Both the position numbers and the translations under genes were made by a program. 64,000 bases of DNA from a virus (Duplodnaviria > Caudoviricetes). Position 1 is the first letter of the stretch; every line of letters starts with the position of its first letter. A model generated the notes under the pieces. It had not been told where the DNA came from, did not search any database, and worked only from the letters and a program-made list of their open reading frames with translations. Location: IMG/VR virus record IMGVR_UViG_3300035501_001483; one strand, written 5' to 3'. This document shows, piece after piece, positions 39,157 through 49,401 of this stretch.

Positions 39157-40659
39157 TTAGAAATCACCGCCTTCCTCAAAGCCGCCTTCAATGAGACTGT
39201 CGGCTTCATCATAGGCATCCACGTCGTCGGGATCGGCCAGCAGTGCCTCTTGCGACATCAGGTCGAACTCCTCATGGGCCGCCTTATCATCGATGAACTT
39301 TCGATAATCAAAGGGCGCCATGATACGGTTGGCGTTGGTGCCCAAAATGAATCCCTCCTTGAAGAAATACTTGGTCAATGAAGTGGTCAACATCGTGGTG
39401 GACACAAACGCTTCAGGAATCAGCATACCGTGGTCGTAGCATCTATCGTATACGGCGTCAATGTCACCAGTGGTTCTACCAATGCCTTTCTGCAGAAGAA
39501 CGTCCTTGATATTGTACATGAAGTACTTCCAGAGGTTCTTATACATAAAGGTCTTGATGTTGCCTTCCTCTTCATAGTTGAGCTTCTCATCACGCAATTC
39601 CTTCTTGGCGATGGCGTTCAACTTCATGGAAGGCAGTTTGCCGGCACCAGATCGCACGCCTGCATACATCCACATCTGACACATGATCAGTGGCTTGATA
39701 GAGATGACGCAGCGATGGTTCCGCTTATGGACTTGGATGTTGTCGTCCTCTTCAAAGAAGCAGGTCTTATACTTGAAGGCCGGGTCACAGATGATGGCTT
39801 CAGGCTCATAGCCCAATGCCAAAGGCCGTTCGATGAGGTTCCGGACATCATATGGAGCGTTCCACGCCATCAAATAATCCAGATTGGATCTTCTGATGAG
39901 CTCCCAGAAGACCTGATGTAACTTGATCTCATCGTCAAATAAGATCAGATGATACGTCATCTCTCCATAGTATTCATCGAAGTTGGCATGACACTCTGCG
40001 ATGAACTCGTCCATGTGGTTCTTCAGGTAGTCCACTTGCTCATAGAAGTGCGCTTTGACTTCCTGTGTCTTTCCATAGTTGGGATTGGTCTCTGCCAAGA
40101 TCGGCAGGTTGTCTTTGCACAGACCCAAGGTATACACGGTGTTCTTGGAATCGTCAATGAACGTGATGGCCGACGTCGGGGCCTCACCAGGAGCAGCAAA
40201 GCCATCGGCCTGAATGATATCAGATTCGATATCGAAGTATCCCACGTTGATGGGCTTGGGCAAGTCATTACCATACTCCAAAAGGAACTGAATCCAATAC
40301 CAATGCTCGATTTTGATGTCATATCCAAATAAGAGCGGGGAATACTTGACATCATCGGGAGAGCACCCGAGAATATGGGCAATGTCGCGATCTCTATAGT
40401 GATAAGAAACGACATGCTTATCGAGATTCTCCACCGATTCCCAGCAATCGATATACTGGGCTCTCGGCCAGAACTCTTTCTTGAGAATATAAATCTCATA
40501 GCAGGGGTGGTCGATCGTCTCAATGTAGGTCTGTCCTGTCACAATGTCCTTGAAAGTGATTGCGATGGCATCCCGAGCGCCCAACTCAAAGCAGTCGTAA
40601 GATACGATATGAATGGGCATGAGACTTCGACCCTCAAATCGAGGATCTAAAAATTTCAT
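39157..40659 (-). CDS. Family B DNA polymerase, N-terminal/3'-5' exonuclease subunit
   Basis: ExoI FDIESD, ExoII AWNAPYD, ExoIII YNIKDV. Confidence 0.9.
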   Translation of the reverse strand: MKFLDPRFEGRSLMPIHIVSYDCFELGARDAIAITFKDIVTGQTYIETIDHPCYEIYILKKEFWPRAQYIDCWESVENLDKHVVSYHYRDRDIAHILGCSPDDVKYSPLLFGYDIKIEHWYWIQFLLEYGNDLPKPINVGYFDIESDIIQADGFAAPGEAPTSAITFIDDSKNTVYTLGLCKDNLPILAETNPNYGKTQEVKAHFYEQVDYLKNHMDEFIAECHANFDEYYGEMTYHLILFDDEIKLHQVFWELIRRSNLDYLMAWNAPYDVRNLIERPLALGYEPEAIICDPAFKYKTCFFEEDDNIQVHKRNHRCVISIKPLIMCQMWMYAGVRSGAGKLPSMKLNAIAKKELRDEKLNYEEEGNIKTFMYKNLWKYFMYNIKDVLLQKGIGRTTGDIDAVYDRCYDHGMLIPEAFVSTTMLTTSLTKYFFKEGFILGTNANRIMAPFDYRKFIDDKAAHEEFDLMSQEALLADPDDVDAYDEADSLIEGGFEEGGDF

Positions 40660-40816
40660 AGGTTGATTTTCCTCTCCTTCCCTCCGGTAGTCGGGTTTAC
40701 CACACATGTTAAGGGGTGCATAGCGTCTTAGAGACCAGAGAATTGTGGACCCTTCACAATCCCTTAATCTCAAGGAGATGATATACGCTCCATTTTAATT
40801 GAAAGGAGAATGAACC

Positions 40817-41935
40817 ATGGCTCCTAGAAAGAAAGATGTACAGCATCCTGCGCAGTCTAGCTTCAGCAGCTTACTGTCGCAGTTTGTGGGGCAGAACGAG
40901 GGGCTCTCCACCTTCAATGATGCTGCCACTGGCCTTTCCATCAGTCCAGCAATGCTGCATGAGACGGAAAAGCCAGCCAAGAAGAAACCTTCTGCCAAGA
41001 AAGGCAGTTATGATGATATTCTGCTGGATGATGAAAAGCCGCTGGGTGATCTGGACGATATCGGATCACTTCTTCCCGATGACGATGACTACGATGAGAG
41101 CTTTGATACCCTGATTGAAAATGCTTTCATGGAAGATGAAGACGTCACTATGCGCAATAACCTCATTCGCATGGGACGAAAGTACGCTGTCAAGGGTATG
41201 GAAGAGGCCACCGAATCTTCCGAGGTAAACCGTGCTTTCATCAAGCAAGAACAGGCGTTGGAAGCTTTGATGGATGAGATGGACGCTGGTGCTGCCGCGC
41301 TGGATCGCGATATTGAGCAGCTTCGCATGTCTCGTACCAAGAGCTTCAAGGCGCTATCTGATATGGCAGCTGTCCGTGCTTCTCTCTATAATAGCAAGCT
41401 GAGTGTCATCAAAGAGATGAGCAACATCACCAAGACCAAGTACGATATCAATATCAAGCTCAAGAAGGATTCTAACGCCGAATCGGCTGACACAGGTATG
41501 GCAGCTACCCAAGCTGTCCAGCGCTTGCTGTCCATCGGACGCCAGAACCTCATGGCTGGTGAAGAGGAGTACGTGTCGATGGGCGATTCGCCTGCCGACG
41601 CGCACTTTGATGATGGGCGCGCCGAGACGGCATTACATCTGGCCGCTGATATCCCTCCTGCCGAAACCGATGGAGATAAATTCATTGAGCATGAGGGAGA
41701 GGGCGTGGAATACGTCGTGGACATCAATTCCGAGGACGACTCCAAGATGATTTACGCTGTCAATAAAGATGGCAAGATCGTCGAGGATTATCCCATGCCC
41801 AGCAATCAAGATCAGCTGTCTTTCTCTTTGAATGAATTGGCCGGTGAAGCAACCGATCAGCTGCAGCGCCGGTACAGACTACGGAGAGATGGTCAAGATG
41901 TACTACCTCGTGGATTTGGCGAAGACGAACTTTGA
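40817..41935 (+). CDS. Late acidic coiled-coil protein
   Basis: CACA-N6-TAA at 40755-40767; AAGGAG RBS. Confidence 0.7.
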   Translation: MAPRKKDVQHPAQSSFSSLLSQFVGQNEGLSTFNDAATGLSISPAMLHETEKPAKKKPSAKKGSYDDILLDDEKPLGDLDDIGSLLPDDDDYDESFDTLIENAFMEDEDVTMRNNLIRMGRKYAVKGMEEATESSEVNRAFIKQEQALEALMDEMDAGAAALDRDIEQLRMSRTKSFKALSDMAAVRASLYNSKLSVIKEMSNITKTKYDINIKLKKDSNAESADTGMAATQAVQRLLSIGRQNLMAGEEEYVSMGDSPADAHFDDGRAETALHLAADIPPAETDGDKFIEHEGEGVEYVVDINSEDDSKMIYAVNKDGKIVEDYPMPSNQDQLSFSLNELAGEATDQLQRRYRLRRDGQDVLPRGFGEDEL

Positions 41936-41949
41936 TCCCTGAGATGCCT

Positions 41950-41986
41950 AAGAGCACCTACCTAGAAGACTAGGTAGGTGCTCTTT
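41950..41986 (+). terminator. Intrinsic terminator
   Basis: aagagcacctacctag-aaga-ctaggtaggtgctcttt. Confidence 0.85.
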
Positions 41987-41988
41987 GA

Positions 41989-42010
41989 AGTCATTCAAGG
42001 AATGACTGTT
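41989..42010 (+). repeat. Cassette hairpin, copy 3
   Basis: AGTCATTCAAGGAATGACTGTT, identical to copy 1. Confidence 0.9.
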
Positions 42011-42078
42011 TTCAGATTAAGCTTTTCAAATTTGGCCTTACAATCCCGAGTTTTCAAGGCGATTTTTAGGCTCGGAAT

Positions 42079-42106
42079 CTGCGTAAATTTTTAAGCGGGT
42101 TTACCA
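42079..42106 (+). repeat. 28-bp direct repeat, copy 2
   Basis: Identical to 5153-5180. Confidence 0.9.
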
Positions 42107-42147
42107 GACGGGACGGCGCACTCCGTGCGCCATTCTTTAGCACTTAA

Positions 42148-42618
42148 ATGGGTGCATGTGTTGGATTACAAACGGGTATCGCCGGCGCTGGGCTCAAATT
42201 ATCACAAACTCTAAAATACAACACGACTGCACAATCGTCCATATCGGCTTGGCAAAGCATTACAATACAATCATTTGCATTTAATTCGTACTCATTTGCA
42301 TTTGCTCAAATATCGTTCCCAGCAATCACAGTTACGAAAGCATCTTGCGAATTTTATAAAGCAGCAACTCTCACATATCGTGAATGGATTAAATCTGATA
42401 TTGGAACTGTGTATATCAGCTACACTTCTAGTGGCGTAGACATAATCTCTAACAGTTCCTTTACAATCTCGGCTTTAAATCAAATTCTTCCATATAGTTC
42501 AACGTATACGTATGGAATATCTGTAACACTCAGCAGTACAACGACAGTCGGAAGCTCGGCGTATATAACCTTTTCAATGCCGAGTGTGACATGCACCGTC
42601 AATATGTACAGCATCTAG
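42148..42618 (+). CDS. Cassette ORF 3: small Ser/Thr-rich beta protein, putative adhesin or fibre tip
   Basis: 156 aa; A/T-ending codons; no SD; hairpin leader. Confidence 0.6.
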   Translation: MGACVGLQTGIAGAGLKLSQTLKYNTTAQSSISAWQSITIQSFAFNSYSFAFAQISFPAITVTKASCEFYKAATLTYREWIKSDIGTVYISYTSSGVDIISNSSFTISALNQILPYSSTYTYGISVTLSSTTTVGSSAYITFSMPSVTCTVNMYSI

Positions 42619-42660
42619 CAAAAAAGAAGCTACTACCGCAAGGTAGTAGCTTCTCTTAGC

Positions 42661-44415
42661 TCAATCTTCCTCTTTCTCGTGAATCTCAATGGGCATATAC
42701 TTGAGATCCTCGGAATAGGAGTCGTGCTGTTTCTTGGTGTACTTGATGAAGCTGTCCAGGTCAGTCATGGCCCGAGCAGGGATCTTGGCGATCCAGCTGG
42801 TCTTCAGCTCCGGATACTCCTTCAGAACTTCAGGGTGTTCCTTGAGATACTCATAGAGCACTTTGACGTACTCATATTCCGCATCGCAGGGGTCGGGATT
42901 GGGATTGAAGAAGAACCGGTCATACAGCTTCACGAAGGGCACGAACGACCCGGACATACCAGGATCGCTGTTGGAACTGACATTCAGGTCCAGAATGCCC
43001 AGCTGACTGGGATGCAGATAGCGATACTTGGCAGAGATCATCTTGGAAGAAGTCTCGCCCAGAGAGTTGGGACCCTTGGAGCTGTACATGAGATCCTGCA
43101 GGAACGTCATGTCGTTCACGATGTCGTCGCTCTTCACCACATCGGATAGGTTCTTCATACCAGAGAGGATGATGTCAGACGGGAAGTTAAACAGCTCCAG
43201 CAGCGTGTCCATGGTATTCATCTTGGACTTACTCTTCTTTTCGATGAGCTTATTGATGTTCTCGGAGACTTTCTTGCCGAGAGAGGACATGACGATGTAT
43301 TCGTTCTTACGAACTCTTTTATTCATCATATCCATGTTATTGCGCGTCTTCAGGGTGTTGAAGTTCAGAATCATCCAATACAGGATGTAGTAGATATTCT
43401 GGGTATAGAACTCCGGCAGACGCAGATCCTTCTCGGAGACGTGGTCATAGAGGCGCTCGATCATGTGCAGCGTCGTATAGCCCTTATCCCGGAAAGACTG
43501 GATATTCTTATTCTTGATAGACCCGATGTAACCGATGCGGCACACCCAATACTCACGGTCCTCCAGGTCTTTCCACTCGACCGGGAAGTCCTTATTGGAG
43601 CAGTAAATGAGCATGCAGACTACATGACGCACCAGGTCATACTTCTCCATCAAGGTGGTAGGCACTCTGATGAAGACGTTATCCATGGGGAAATAGGTAT
43701 AGATGGACAGCAGGTCTTCATCGACACGATCTACCAGCTCAATGATTCCACCCATATCGAAGAACTCGATAGCTCTGTGCATGCCCATCTTGGCGGCAAA
43801 AATCATCATGGGGTTAATGAACTTGGTCTTTTTCTTCGCACCCCGCCGCTTGGTCTTCGTATCCAGAGCATAAGAGTGAGAGGTCAAGTTCCATTCCTTG
43901 CCGGTCGAATCACACAGCAGACGATTCTTGGTCTGATAGATGATGATAGGCATGCGGGATTTAAAGGTAACTTTGCCTCTCTGCGTATAGGTGTTGGCGT
44001 CGCACAACTGCCAAATGGGCTTCCAATACTTGCTGTTGATCAGCATCATGCCGTCCTCTTCTTTGGGGAGCAAGATGTGCTTGGTGATGACTGCCTCATT
44101 CAAATTGGTGTGAATGCGGTACGTGAAGCGCATCTCGTAGAAGCGGGTATCGGCCACAAACTTATTCTTGGGAATCTCAATCTGGTCCAGATGCTTCTTC
44201 TTGAAGTTGATATTGATCGTGTGCGCATTGTAGTCAACATCATCCTGGTCATAAATGGTCTCAATATTGAGAATTTCGATATTTTCTATTGTCTCGAAAT
44301 CCCTCATCACCATCGTGACCAATTCTTCCAAGGGGATGTCTTCCTTCGCGTAGATGAAGTCCTCATTGAACTCATCTACGGCAGGGTTTGGGTATTCGTG
44401 AATGTATTCAAGCAT
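42661..44415 (-). CDS. Non-virion RNA polymerase beta N-terminal subunit
   Basis: RYLHPSQLGILDLNVSSNSDPGMSG matches beta [30 protein letters not shown] upstream. Confidence 0.88.
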   Translation of the reverse strand: MLEYIHEYPNPAVDEFNEDFIYAKEDIPLEELVTMVMRDFETIENIEILNIETIYDQDDVDYNAHTININFKKKHLDQIEIPKNKFVADTRFYEMRFTYRIHTNLNEAVITKHILLPKEEDGMMLINSKYWKPIWQLCDANTYTQRGKVTFKSRMPIIIYQTKNRLLCDSTGKEWNLTSHSYALDTKTKRRGAKKKTKFINPMMIFAAKMGMHRAIEFFDMGGIIELVDRVDEDLLSIYTYFPMDNVFIRVPTTLMEKYDLVRHVVCMLIYCSNKDFPVEWKDLEDREYWVCRIGYIGSIKNKNIQSFRDKGYTTLHMIERLYDHVSEKDLRLPEFYTQNIYYILYWMILNFNTLKTRNNMDMMNKRVRKNEYIVMSSLGKKVSENINKLIEKKSKSKMNTMDTLLELFNFPSDIILSGMKNLSDVVKSDDIVNDMTFLQDLMYSSKGPNSLGETSSKMISAKYRYLHPSQLGILDLNVSSNSDPGMSGSFVPFVKLYDRFFFNPNPDPCDAEYEYVKVLYEYLKEHPEVLKEYPELKTSWIAKIPARAMTDLDSFIKYTKKQHDSYSEDLKYMPIEIHEKEED

Positions 44416-44553
44416 GAAAATGAAACCACCCTTCCTTTAAACTAATACGATGATATCCGTACTTAGTTATTTAGGGGAGAGTACATCTTCAAGTGGAAAA
44501 CTAATGGTTAGAAGACCTATCCCTAAGATATTCTGAAGGAAGGAGACTATACC

Positions 44554-45174
44554 ATGCTATCATCAGACATCAATTATCTCGATTTCAGGCAGTTCCCGCA
44601 CATGGAGGTCATTGGCATCACTAGCAAAGAGAAAGTGATTGCATTCAATCAAGGCCTCAAAGAACGGATCCTCGGTCTCCGCAGCGTGGAACTGGATAAC
44701 ATCATCAGCCACTGCGACCATCGCATCTCTCTGATCAGACTGTGCCTGGCCGATGAACAGCTCACAAATCTCATGAGAGAAACACTGCCCAAATTTGCCA
44801 CCGACCAGGGTCGCATTGCAATTGACGTCGAATTTCGCAAGCGCGAATTTCCCGGCCGTACGTACATTGAAGAATACGAAAAGTATGTCGTAGCCAAAAT
44901 GCTGGTTGCATGTAAGCGCAATTCCAAATTTGGCCCGAAAACGGCTGGTCGATACCTCGACATGAAAGATTCCATCAATGATAATGATGGCGAAAGCTAC
45001 TTTGAGTTCTACGTCGATGACCCTGAAGCTGTTGCATGGTCAATGGAACAGCCGATCGTCTACTTACTCTGCATGGACTTGCTCTGCGGTGGCAATGGCG
45101 CCGGCTCAAGCTTTGCCAACGCAGCCAATGCTGGTCCTATCAGTAGTCGCTCCATGCAAAATATTATCGATTAA
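44554..45174 (+). CDS. Hypothetical protein
   Basis: AAGGAG RBS. Confidence 0.7.
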   Translation: MLSSDINYLDFRQFPHMEVIGITSKEKVIAFNQGLKERILGLRSVELDNIISHCDHRISLIRLCLADEQLTNLMRETLPKFATDQGRIAIDVEFRKREFPGRTYIEEYEKYVVAKMLVACKRNSKFGPKTAGRYLDMKDSINDNDGESYFEFYVDDPEAVAWSMEQPIVYLLCMDLLCGGNGAGSSFANAANAGPISSRSMQNIID

Positions 45175-45185
45175 GGAGATCCATC

Positions 45186-45632
45186 ATGTACGATGCACTG
45201 AATGCCAAGAATAACGACTTTGGAAATGAGGTCGTTGAACTTATCAAGAAAGCCTGGGTTCCCATCTGCCGCAAGGTGGAGAAAATGCCAATCGCCGAGG
45301 TCAACTTCTACGTGAAGGGCGATGGATTTGACACCATCTTCTCCAAATACCTGCAGGGCTATGAGAAAGGCTCTATGCTGGTCAACGTCAGAGCTGTCCG
45401 TAAAGACGTTCCCTATGCCGAAGGCTATGATCCCACGGCAACGTCTCTCTTTGACGCCAATGAGATGACCTTCTACTACAACGATGAACCCATCATGGCC
45501 GATTTTGAAGGGTCCGTGGGTGTAGACACAGACCTACCTTCATTATTGGCCATTTTGCAAGAATGCATTGTCCAGAACTCAGCAAATCCCGTCATGCAGA
45601 CGGGTGATTCTACGGAAAAAGAGCCCGAATGA
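45186..45632 (+). CDS. Hypothetical protein
   Basis: AAGGAG RBS. Confidence 0.7.
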   Translation: MYDALNAKNNDFGNEVVELIKKAWVPICRKVEKMPIAEVNFYVKGDGFDTIFSKYLQGYEKGSMLVNVRAVRKDVPYAEGYDPTATSLFDANEMTFYYNDEPIMADFEGSVGVDTDLPSLLAILQECIVQNSANPVMQTGDSTEKEPE

Positions 45633-45683
45633 AATCAAAAAAAGAGAATGAATCATGTCGATTCATTCTCTTTCTTTTAGCCC

Positions 45684-46226
45684 TTAGATGCGAATCTCGT
45701 CGGGCATGGTAGATGTCTTGCGATCAGGGTCCAGCGCTTTCAGCCGAATGTGCTTCAAGCGCCAGACAGTCACGCCGGGGTCACTCTTGACTTCCAGCAA
45801 CTCCATCGTATAATCTTGGCATTGCATGGTATAGCCATCGGTCAGCTCCTTCAGAGCCAACACGAAGTCATGATCGCCGCCCTCTTTCTTGGAAGCATCA
45901 AACTGCTCCTTGTTATTGGCAAAGAGCCGCAGCAGGATGACATCCTTGGCGTAGGGAGAGGTCTGACTTTCATCGTAGTCGACCTCCTGGTCGTCAAAGG
46001 TGAACATCATGCGATTGGGGATCTTATTCATGACCTCGGTGGGCATCTGCTCAAAGAGGGAGTAGATGGCGTCCTCCGGTGTCATGGAGAATGTGTCTGT
46101 GCTTGTGTCCACAATCATGTCAGGGTCCTGCTCGGGGAAGCAGAACGCCTTATAGAAGAAGTCCGATTTTTCATTGATGACGAGCTCCCCAAACTCTTTC
46201 TTCACTTTCTTATAGTGCGCCATCAA
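45684..46226 (-). CDS. Hypothetical protein
   Basis: Translationally coupled to the upstream gene. Confidence 0.65.
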   Translation of the reverse strand: MMAHYKKVKKEFGELVINEKSDFFYKAFCFPEQDPDMIVDTSTDTFSMTPEDAIYSLFEQMPTEVMNKIPNRMMFTFDDQEVDYDESQTSPYAKDVILLRLFANNKEQFDASKKEGGDHDFVLALKELTDGYTMQCQDYTMELLEVKSDPGVTVWRLKHIRLKALDPDRKTSTMPDEIRI

Positions 46227-46969
46227 TCGTCATCTCCTTCATCTTCGCTCTCGGTGACCCAGTCGTCCTTGATCAGGAGCTTGGCCTGGAAGCCGGGCAG
46301 CATCTTGATCGTGAACTGCTCATGGGTCAAATCCGGATTATCCGCGTTTTGCACAATGTCCAGGGCACAATGTGCTTCAAACATCTCCAGGAAGTTGATC
46401 ATGGCGGAGCTGACGCCGTTATCATGCGCCACTTTGGCCATCATCTTCAGCGTCCTGAAGAAATAATTGAAGTAGCAGAATGCCACCAGCGTGTAGTTGT
46501 GGATGTTGGAGCTCATCATCCGGTGCTTCTTCTCCAGGATGACGTTGCACTCCTTCTCGACTTGCTCGATGATGGTGCCCTTCCACATCTCTGGCGTGAT
46601 AACTGGGCAATAATCCCGGTCCACAATCTCAGCGACGAGCTTGCCGGGCACGAATTTGACATTGATATTGCCGTCCTTGTCGGCATCATCGTTCTCCCGA
46701 TTCTCGGAGCTGATCGTAAACAGATCCAGGAAGTTGATGCTGGACTCACCACGGTTCTCCCGCATGAGGCGGACCAGCGTCCGAATGATGCCTTCGACGT
46801 AGACGCAGGCGATGGTCGTCGTATAACCCGGATTCAGTCTGATCTTGTAATCAGAGATCAGGTTGTTACGGCAGACCTGCTCAATCTTTTCAGTGACAGC
46901 TCTTTGCGCCGGATCCGATGGGGTGATCAGATAGTGCTGGCGCTCAGCATTCAAATCATTCATTGCCAT
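46223..46969 (-). CDS. Putative tandem HU/IHF-like DNA-binding protein
   Basis: Internal duplication INFL(D/E)xF...(V/I)K(F/M)xPG resembling the HU arm and FxPGK motif. Confidence 0.45.
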   Translation of the reverse strand: MAMNDLNAERQHYLITPSDPAQRAVTEKIEQVCRNNLISDYKIRLNPGYTTTIACVYVEGIIRTLVRLMRENRGESSINFLDLFTISSENRENDDADKDGNINVKFVPGKLVAEIVDRDYCPVITPEMWKGTIIEQVEKECNVILEKKHRMMSSNIHNYTLVAFCYFNYFFRTLKMMAKVAHDNGVSSAMINFLEMFEAHCALDIVQNADNPDLTHEQFTIKMLPGFQAKLLIKDDWVTESEDEGDDD

Positions 46970-47080
46970 ATTGATTTTCTCCTTTGCTTTCTAAAAGTTA
47001 TGTGCATTGTGAGGGAGCCCATCGATCTTTAAATCAACAGACTCCCTCACAGTATGCCGTGGTAATGATATGCGGGTCAA

Positions 47081-49237
47081 TCAGACCTTGTAGTACTTTA
47101 CGTGTTTCCTGATATCCTTCATCAGAGAATAGCGAGAATACTCAATGTCTTTCTGCTCGAGCTCCACTGCCCGCATCTTAAGCTCTTCCACCAGAGCGTC
47201 CATTTCGCCCACATGAATGAGCGGGACATCTTTGGCAATGGCCTTCTTGGCATTATTGCTGGTGATGTCTCCAGCATACACACATGCGACCGTGTCCTTG
47301 GTGACTCGGTCATTGGCCGGAAATCCGATCTCTTTGAAGATCTCGGCATATTCCTTATTGCGGAATCCCGTAAAGCAGACCGTGCCATAGATGATCTTGT
47401 CGTCCACGATGCGCATGTGATCTTGCAGGAACTGAATCAAGTCTCGATTTTCATTGAGCCAATCTGCAAAGACCTGCGCCGTCGTCATGCCAACACTTCT
47501 GGTCTCCAACAGGCACATCTCGACCCGGCTCTTCTTCATGCTCAACAGATAATCCAGCGTTACATCGCTGAAGATATTCTGGCAGAGACGCTTGCCGATG
47601 TTGTCGATGCCCAGTGAGCCAATGACCTGAGAGACTTCAAATTCTCTGGTTCGCAATTGCTTCAGGCCATTCATGAGCTTGTCAGTCTCGATACGACTTC
47701 CCAGGACATCAACGACCTTATCATACTTAGTCTCCAGGTCGAAAAGATCTTCGATGGTCTCTACCAGGCCCGCATCGACCAACGCATAGAATGTCTGGTC
47801 TCTGAAACCCTCTGCAACGTCCATCTTGTCCAAGAAATTGGCAATTTTACCAGATAAGACACGAGGACATCTCGGATTGAGACAGAAATAGTCCGCTCCA
47901 TTGGCGGTCTTGGGCCGCAGCTTCTTGCCACAGTATGGGCATTTGATGTCCATCTGCAGCCTCTTGGCGCCCTTGGGATAGACCCGAGGCTCCGGCAGAC
48001 GCATTTGCGGAATGACATCGCCCGCTGCATAGATAATGACTTCTTCTCCTTCATGAAGGCACAGAGAGCTGAAACGTGCCATGGAGCCCAACGCCACATC
48101 TTTGACGATGGTTTCATTGACTTCCACAGGCTCCACATGAAGCATCGGCATCGCCATGCCCAGTCGACCGACCGACATGTAGATGTAGTCGATCTTGGTG
48201 CGATTCTCCTGGGTGTTGACCTTGTAGGCCAGGCAATGTGCCATCAGGTCTGTCGTGTTGGGCTCTTCATCAAAGGTACGAATGGGGAAGAGCACCACGC
48301 CATCTACCCGAATGGGATAGTCAGAAGACCGGATGTGTGCTAGGACTCGCTCGATGTTCTCATAGACGATGTCCAGGTCGAAGCATTCCGGATGCTCTAC
48401 CAGGCCGTCGGCATACTGCCAGGCCAGATACTTCATCTTGTGGCCATCGAAGTTGACCCAAGCCAACGGAATCACCGACAGATACTCGGCATAGGCCACG
48501 TTGGACGGATTGGAAATGATGGCCGACGTCGCAGAGCGGCGATTTTTATACTCCTTATTTTTAACCAGCTCTTCAAAGTCCTGACTAGAGACCACAACTT
48601 CGCATTTATAATAGCCATCCGGAAGCTCGGAATTGAAGGTTTTCTTTCTTCGATTCATTCGCCGGATGACTTCTGTGATGTCCTGGCCTTCTACGCCATC
48701 ATTTCGGGTAACTGCGCGTTCGATGTGCCCGTTGCGGAGCGTGATACAGGTAGACACGCCATCGAACTTGGGCGCATACAGGATCCGCTTGTAGCCGTCA
48801 GCACGCATAGCATGTAAATAAGCATCCAGCGTGTCCAGGTCATAGACCTTTCTGCTGATGGTGCCTACCATGAATGGCGCTTCATGCTTCACAAAGGGCC
48901 AAAGTGTGGTCGACATGATATAGTCGGAGTACACCAGTCTTGCCGACCCGGTCAAATTGCAGAAGATCGTCATGCACTGATCGTACGTGTAATCAGGAAC
49001 GAGCACCACGCCGTCATCGCTGTAGGTGTAGACATCCAGACAGATCATCAGATAATCCTCCAGAGTGTCCCGCAGATTCTGGTCGATGCCTTTCCCTGCA
49101 CGATCTTGGTCGATCAATGTCATGGCATAAGCCATGAAGTCGTCATGTTTCTCTTCCACTTCTTTGACCTGCATCGTTCCTTTGCAGATCTTCTTTCTAA
49201 TGGAGGGTATGCTTTGTACGAATTTTCGTTCAACCAT
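47081..49237 (-). CDS. ligA: NAD-dependent DNA ligase
   Basis: KFDG, TRNDGVEGQDIT, DGVV, AYK, AGDVIP, Zn CPYCG..CLNPRC, HhH and BRCT (VCFTG). Confidence 0.95.
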   Translation of the reverse strand: MVERKFVQSIPSIRKKICKGTMQVKEVEEKHDDFMAYAMTLIDQDRAGKGIDQNLRDTLEDYLMICLDVYTYSDDGVVLVPDYTYDQCMTIFCNLTGSARLVYSDYIMSTTLWPFVKHEAPFMVGTISRKVYDLDTLDAYLHAMRADGYKRILYAPKFDGVSTCITLRNGHIERAVTRNDGVEGQDITEVIRRMNRRKKTFNSELPDGYYKCEVVVSSQDFEELVKNKEYKNRRSATSAIISNPSNVAYAEYLSVIPLAWVNFDGHKMKYLAWQYADGLVEHPECFDLDIVYENIERVLAHIRSSDYPIRVDGVVLFPIRTFDEEPNTTDLMAHCLAYKVNTQENRTKIDYIYMSVGRLGMAMPMLHVEPVEVNETIVKDVALGSMARFSSLCLHEGEEVIIYAAGDVIPQMRLPEPRVYPKGAKRLQMDIKCPYCGKKLRPKTANGADYFCLNPRCPRVLSGKIANFLDKMDVAEGFRDQTFYALVDAGLVETIEDLFDLETKYDKVVDVLGSRIETDKLMNGLKQLRTREFEVSQVIGSLGIDNIGKRLCQNIFSDVTLDYLLSMKKSRVEMCLLETRSVGMTTAQVFADWLNENRDLIQFLQDHMRIVDDKIIYGTVCFTGFRNKEYAEIFKEIGFPANDRVTKDTVACVYAGDITSNNAKKAIAKDVPLIHVGEMDALVEELKMRAVELEQKDIEYSRYSLMKDIRKHVKYYKV

Positions 49238-49401
49238 GTCCTTTATCCTTCCTTTCTGGAATTTTTCTCCAAAGAAATAATATGTTTTTACGAATTGTGA
49301 ATGATTATGTAGCATTCCACATCCGCTTAATATTGATTAGAAGATTGAAGAGGGAAGCAATCTGTTATCTTTAGCAATTTTAAGAAGGGACTGATTAGTT
49401 T

